From the human T2T-CHM13v2.0 reference genome, Homo sapiens, in NCBI RefSeq assembly GCF_009914755.1, contig NC_060930.1: DNA of 64,000 bases; one strand, written 5' to 3'. Below are positions 60,325-64,000 of the stretch, piece after piece (within the stretch, counting starts at the first letter, position 1; every line of letters starts with the position of its first letter). A program made the position numbers and the translations under genes. The notes under the pieces are model-generated. The model was not told where the DNA came from and ran no database searches. It saw only the letters and a list, made by a program, of their open reading frames with translations.

Positions 60325-60895
60325 TCTCTATGTATATATATAAACTCTATCTCTTTCTCTCTCTGTATATATATAGAGAGTATATATATAGAGAGAATAT
60401 ATATAGGTATATATATATTCTATATATACCTATATATATAGAATAGATATATATAGATATGTCTAGTCTATATATATCTATATATAGAATATATATATAG
60501 AATATATATTCTATATATAGAATATATATATAGAATATATATATCTATATATAGAATATATATATAGAATATATATATCTATATATAGAATATATATATA
60601 GAATATATATATCTATATATAGATATATATAGAATATATATATCTATATATAGAATATATATATAGAATATATATATCTATATATAGAATATATATATAG
60701 AATATATATATCTATATATAGAATATATATAGAATATATATATCTATATATAGATATATATATAGAATATATATATCTATATATAGAATATATATATAGA
60801 ATATATATATTCTATATATCTAGTATATATAAATATATATTTATATAAATATATATCTAGTAAAAATATATAATATACATATATGCATATATATT
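60283..60895. repeat. (TA)n-derived AT-rich minisatellite
   Basis: Repeating CTATATATAGAATATATATATAGAATATATATAT-type units of about 32-34 bp. Confidence 0.93.
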
Positions 60896-62860
60896 TCTGA
60901 TAGGCTACTCATTGGGGAATGAAACGAATAATTAATTAGATAGGCTGGTTCTTGTACAGATGAACAGTCTACTGCACATTTTGTTTTCTTGATAAATAGA
61001 ATGTTGGGCCATGAAGATCCAGTAATACAAATTTTCTTAGTATATAACTTCGTCTAGTGTCTGTTATTCATTCACATTAGGCCCATAGGGAGGAAGATAA
61101 AACAATTTTTTAAGATATATGAAAAAGTACATTTCATTATATTCCTATTAATCAATTTGGATAATTGTTGTTTGCACATGAGACACTGAACATTGAAAAC
61201 TCTATAAAAGTGAATTATATAAAATATGGAAAGAAGAGAAAGAAAAAAGCTATAATTATTTAGCAATTTCCAAAATATTTCAGCCTCAGTTTCAGGCCTC
61301 CTCCTTTTAAAGTGGAGAAGAGCTGCACACTGGGGACTAATTTGCATTGATAACATGCTGTGCCTTAATGGACCCTCTGCAAAAGCTGAGACTGTGAATG
61401 GGATCAATAGTGCAGATTCTTTACTAAGGCTTTTTAATGCATTTAACCACAACTGGGTATTAGTCTTAATAAGCTTTCCAAGCTTTGACTATTATTGTTC
61501 CTTAGAGTATTAATAAGAAATACAGAATTGCGCATTGTATTCCCATTAAATAAGCAAATTCATATTAGAAATTATTATGAAGCTAATTATTTAGGAAAAG
61601 AAAAGCCATGCTCCTGGTTGGGAAATCACGCCATTATACTGCCAGAAAATGAAAATACCCTTCATTCTTGGAACATCTTCTCTGAAGCAATGTCTGAGTA
61701 TATTTCTCCAATCTAAATCAATTATTTTGCTTCTCGGCATGAGGGTGAGCAAAGTCACCTACCTGCATGAATTTGGCCTTTCTGGGTTGAGAGGCTTCCC
61801 CAAGGCCTGGAGGAGACCTGCAAGGCTGGCCAGTGGGTTGTTACGGAGTTGAACTCTTCCACTGGGGGTTCACTGTTGCAGCTGCCATTGACTGTCTACT
61901 GAGCACTGGGCATGTCTCATGTACTTATTCATCCCTCACAAACAAAAACCCTACTTTGCAAACATGAAAACAGTACACACATCTAGAAAGTGGGAGCTCA
62001 ACTTCAAACCCAAGTCGATACAACTCTTAAATCCTTTATTCTTTCTAAGGCACGAACCTGTCTCTGCTGGGAATTAGCAAAAGGAAAAATTCCTTTCTGG
62101 CTTTAAATATGCAGGAATGAGAGTAGCGCAGAGGCTTCCTATTTTCTGAGAGGTTGGCTGGGTCTACACTCAGTTACCACAGAGGACCTGGGAGGTGAAA
62201 AGAGATTCTGTATTGGTCTCTTCCTTCATACATTAGTTGAACTTGAAAAGAGAAGTAGAGTCATTAAATTGGTTACCTGACACTTTCTGGGAAGAGGTAA
62301 ATATTATCACAGTTTTTCATTTAGACAATGCCAGCCCAGAAATATTAAGAAGTATCTCTCATAGTCAAGGAAGTGGTAATACGGTGCAAGTAAGAAGCTG
62401 GGTTGAACTGACATTTTAGATTTCTTACTGGGCTTTAATTGCTACACCATATTTTTAAACATTAAAATGTCTCCGAAGTGTTCGGGCAAGAAATTTTTAA
62501 ACATCAAAATGCAATTCTCTGCCTATTAACAGTCATTTAATTTGGAAGTATCTAATTGAGTTTTCAGATTTTAAAGAACTTACGGACTGGAAACTCATAT
62601 GCCATATTTCAGCCCCAAGCTAAATTTTTATGGGCAAGTTATAACCTTTCTAATAGACCTTGAACCACTGTGACTTTTCCTTCAGGTATAACTACAATGA
62701 TCCTTTGCTTGAGTTTGATCTCCACCTGGACTTGAATCTGTAATGAGTCATCAGCCAGAGTCTATGTTTCCATCTCAGGTAGACAGCTGGGTGAAAAGGT
62801 CAAAGAAAGCTGATCTTTTTTAAAATGGTCCCAGCAAAAATATCTCATTTAAACTCTTCT

Positions 62861-63192
62861 GGCCAGGTGCGGTGGCTAACGCCTGTAATCCCAGCACTTT
62901 CGGAGGCCGAGCTGGGTGGATCACGACGTCAGGAGTTCAAGACCAGCCTGGCCAAGATGGTGAAACCCCATCTCTACTGAAAATACAAAAATTAGCCAGG
63001 CGCACTGGCACACGCCTGTAATCCCAGCTACTCGGGAGGCTGAGGCAGGGAATTGCTTGAACCAGGGAGGTGGAGGTTACAGTGAGCCCAGATCATGCCA
63101 CTGCACTCCAGCCTGGGCAACGGAGCGAGACTCTGTCTCACAAAAAATAAATAAATAAAAGAAAAGAAAAATAAATAAATAAAAAATAAAAT
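62861..63192 (+). mobile_element. AluS (Sg-like)
   Basis: Full dimer with an A-rich tail. Confidence 0.93.
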
Positions 63193-64000
63193 CTGTAAGT
63201 TGGCATTTTCCTTTCTTCTTTGTATCAGTGCCTGTGCTTTGATGAACAGGAGAGAATAAACATTCGGTTTACATAAAATTTGTTAATGTATTTGGCATCA
63301 GGGCTTATGAAGCTTCAGAAAACAAAGAGGTAATAATATTATACTTAAAATGTTAGATTTTATGTCAGATACTGTGGGCATGTTTTTGAACGAGCGTGAC
63401 TTGATACGTAGTCAAGGGACACTTTCATATAAAAGAGGATGGTAATAAGTCACAGGCAAATTAGTGGTGCACACAGATTTCTACGATTAAGCTTAATCCA
63501 AATGTTCCTACAAGAAATGAACTGCAAACAAGCAGGATTCAGGCTTCCAAAGATGTAACCATCCAAAATGCCTACTACAAAATAGTGTGTCTCAGTCTTC
63601 ATAGTTTTATTGTAGTAATTTGAAGGATTAAATTACTACATTTAAGTGGAACTTCCAGAACAATATCTGACAAGTATTGGAGGCTGTATAAATATTTGTT
63701 GAGTAAATGCATGAATAGATGAATGAATAAGAAAGTGACAGCATCAAGCAAGTTCCTTTTGTGTTGCATTGACTTTAAAAAGAGTTTTTAAGTCTGAAAG
63801 TGCTCTCAAGGTGAATATGACTGCACTGCAGAAACAATTCTTGAGCAAAATAAGTTTTCTATGAAAGAATTCCTGCATGGAAAATTACTGTTGGTATCCT
63901 CAGAATTTGTTTGACAGAAACACCAAGGAATTTCAAGGGTAAAGACAACCTGGTTTTTAGCCTCAAGAAGGACAGGTATAGGTTTCCAGGTATGAGGTTA

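Overview
Human or closely related hominid, repeat-rich, essentially non-coding DNA. It holds about 40 Alu/FLAM/FRAM copies, L1/L2/MIR fragments, solo LTRs (MER11, MER51, MSTA, THE1D, MLT1, LTR33-like), DNA-transposon relics (MER53, MER2, MER5, MER115/Zaphod-like) and several STRs. I can support no intact protein-coding gene. The one clear gene-derived feature is a processed CHCHD2 pseudogene (48917-50042, minus strand) with a 15-bp TSD, disabled and split by an Alu. From memory only, and unverified, this may be CHCHD2P4 upstream of SGK1 on 6q23. The most unusual observations are: three short sequences that recur 0.9-3.5 kb away, two of which look like templated repair insertions; a perfect 84-bp duplication inside an Alu; two head-to-head Alu pairs 24-30 bp apart; a nested transposon stack whose insertion order can be read; and candidate enhancer motifs (perfect IR1, ARE, AP-1/kB). 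I found no convincing new biological system. Repeat families are recognised by eye; subfamily calls and many boundaries are approximate.
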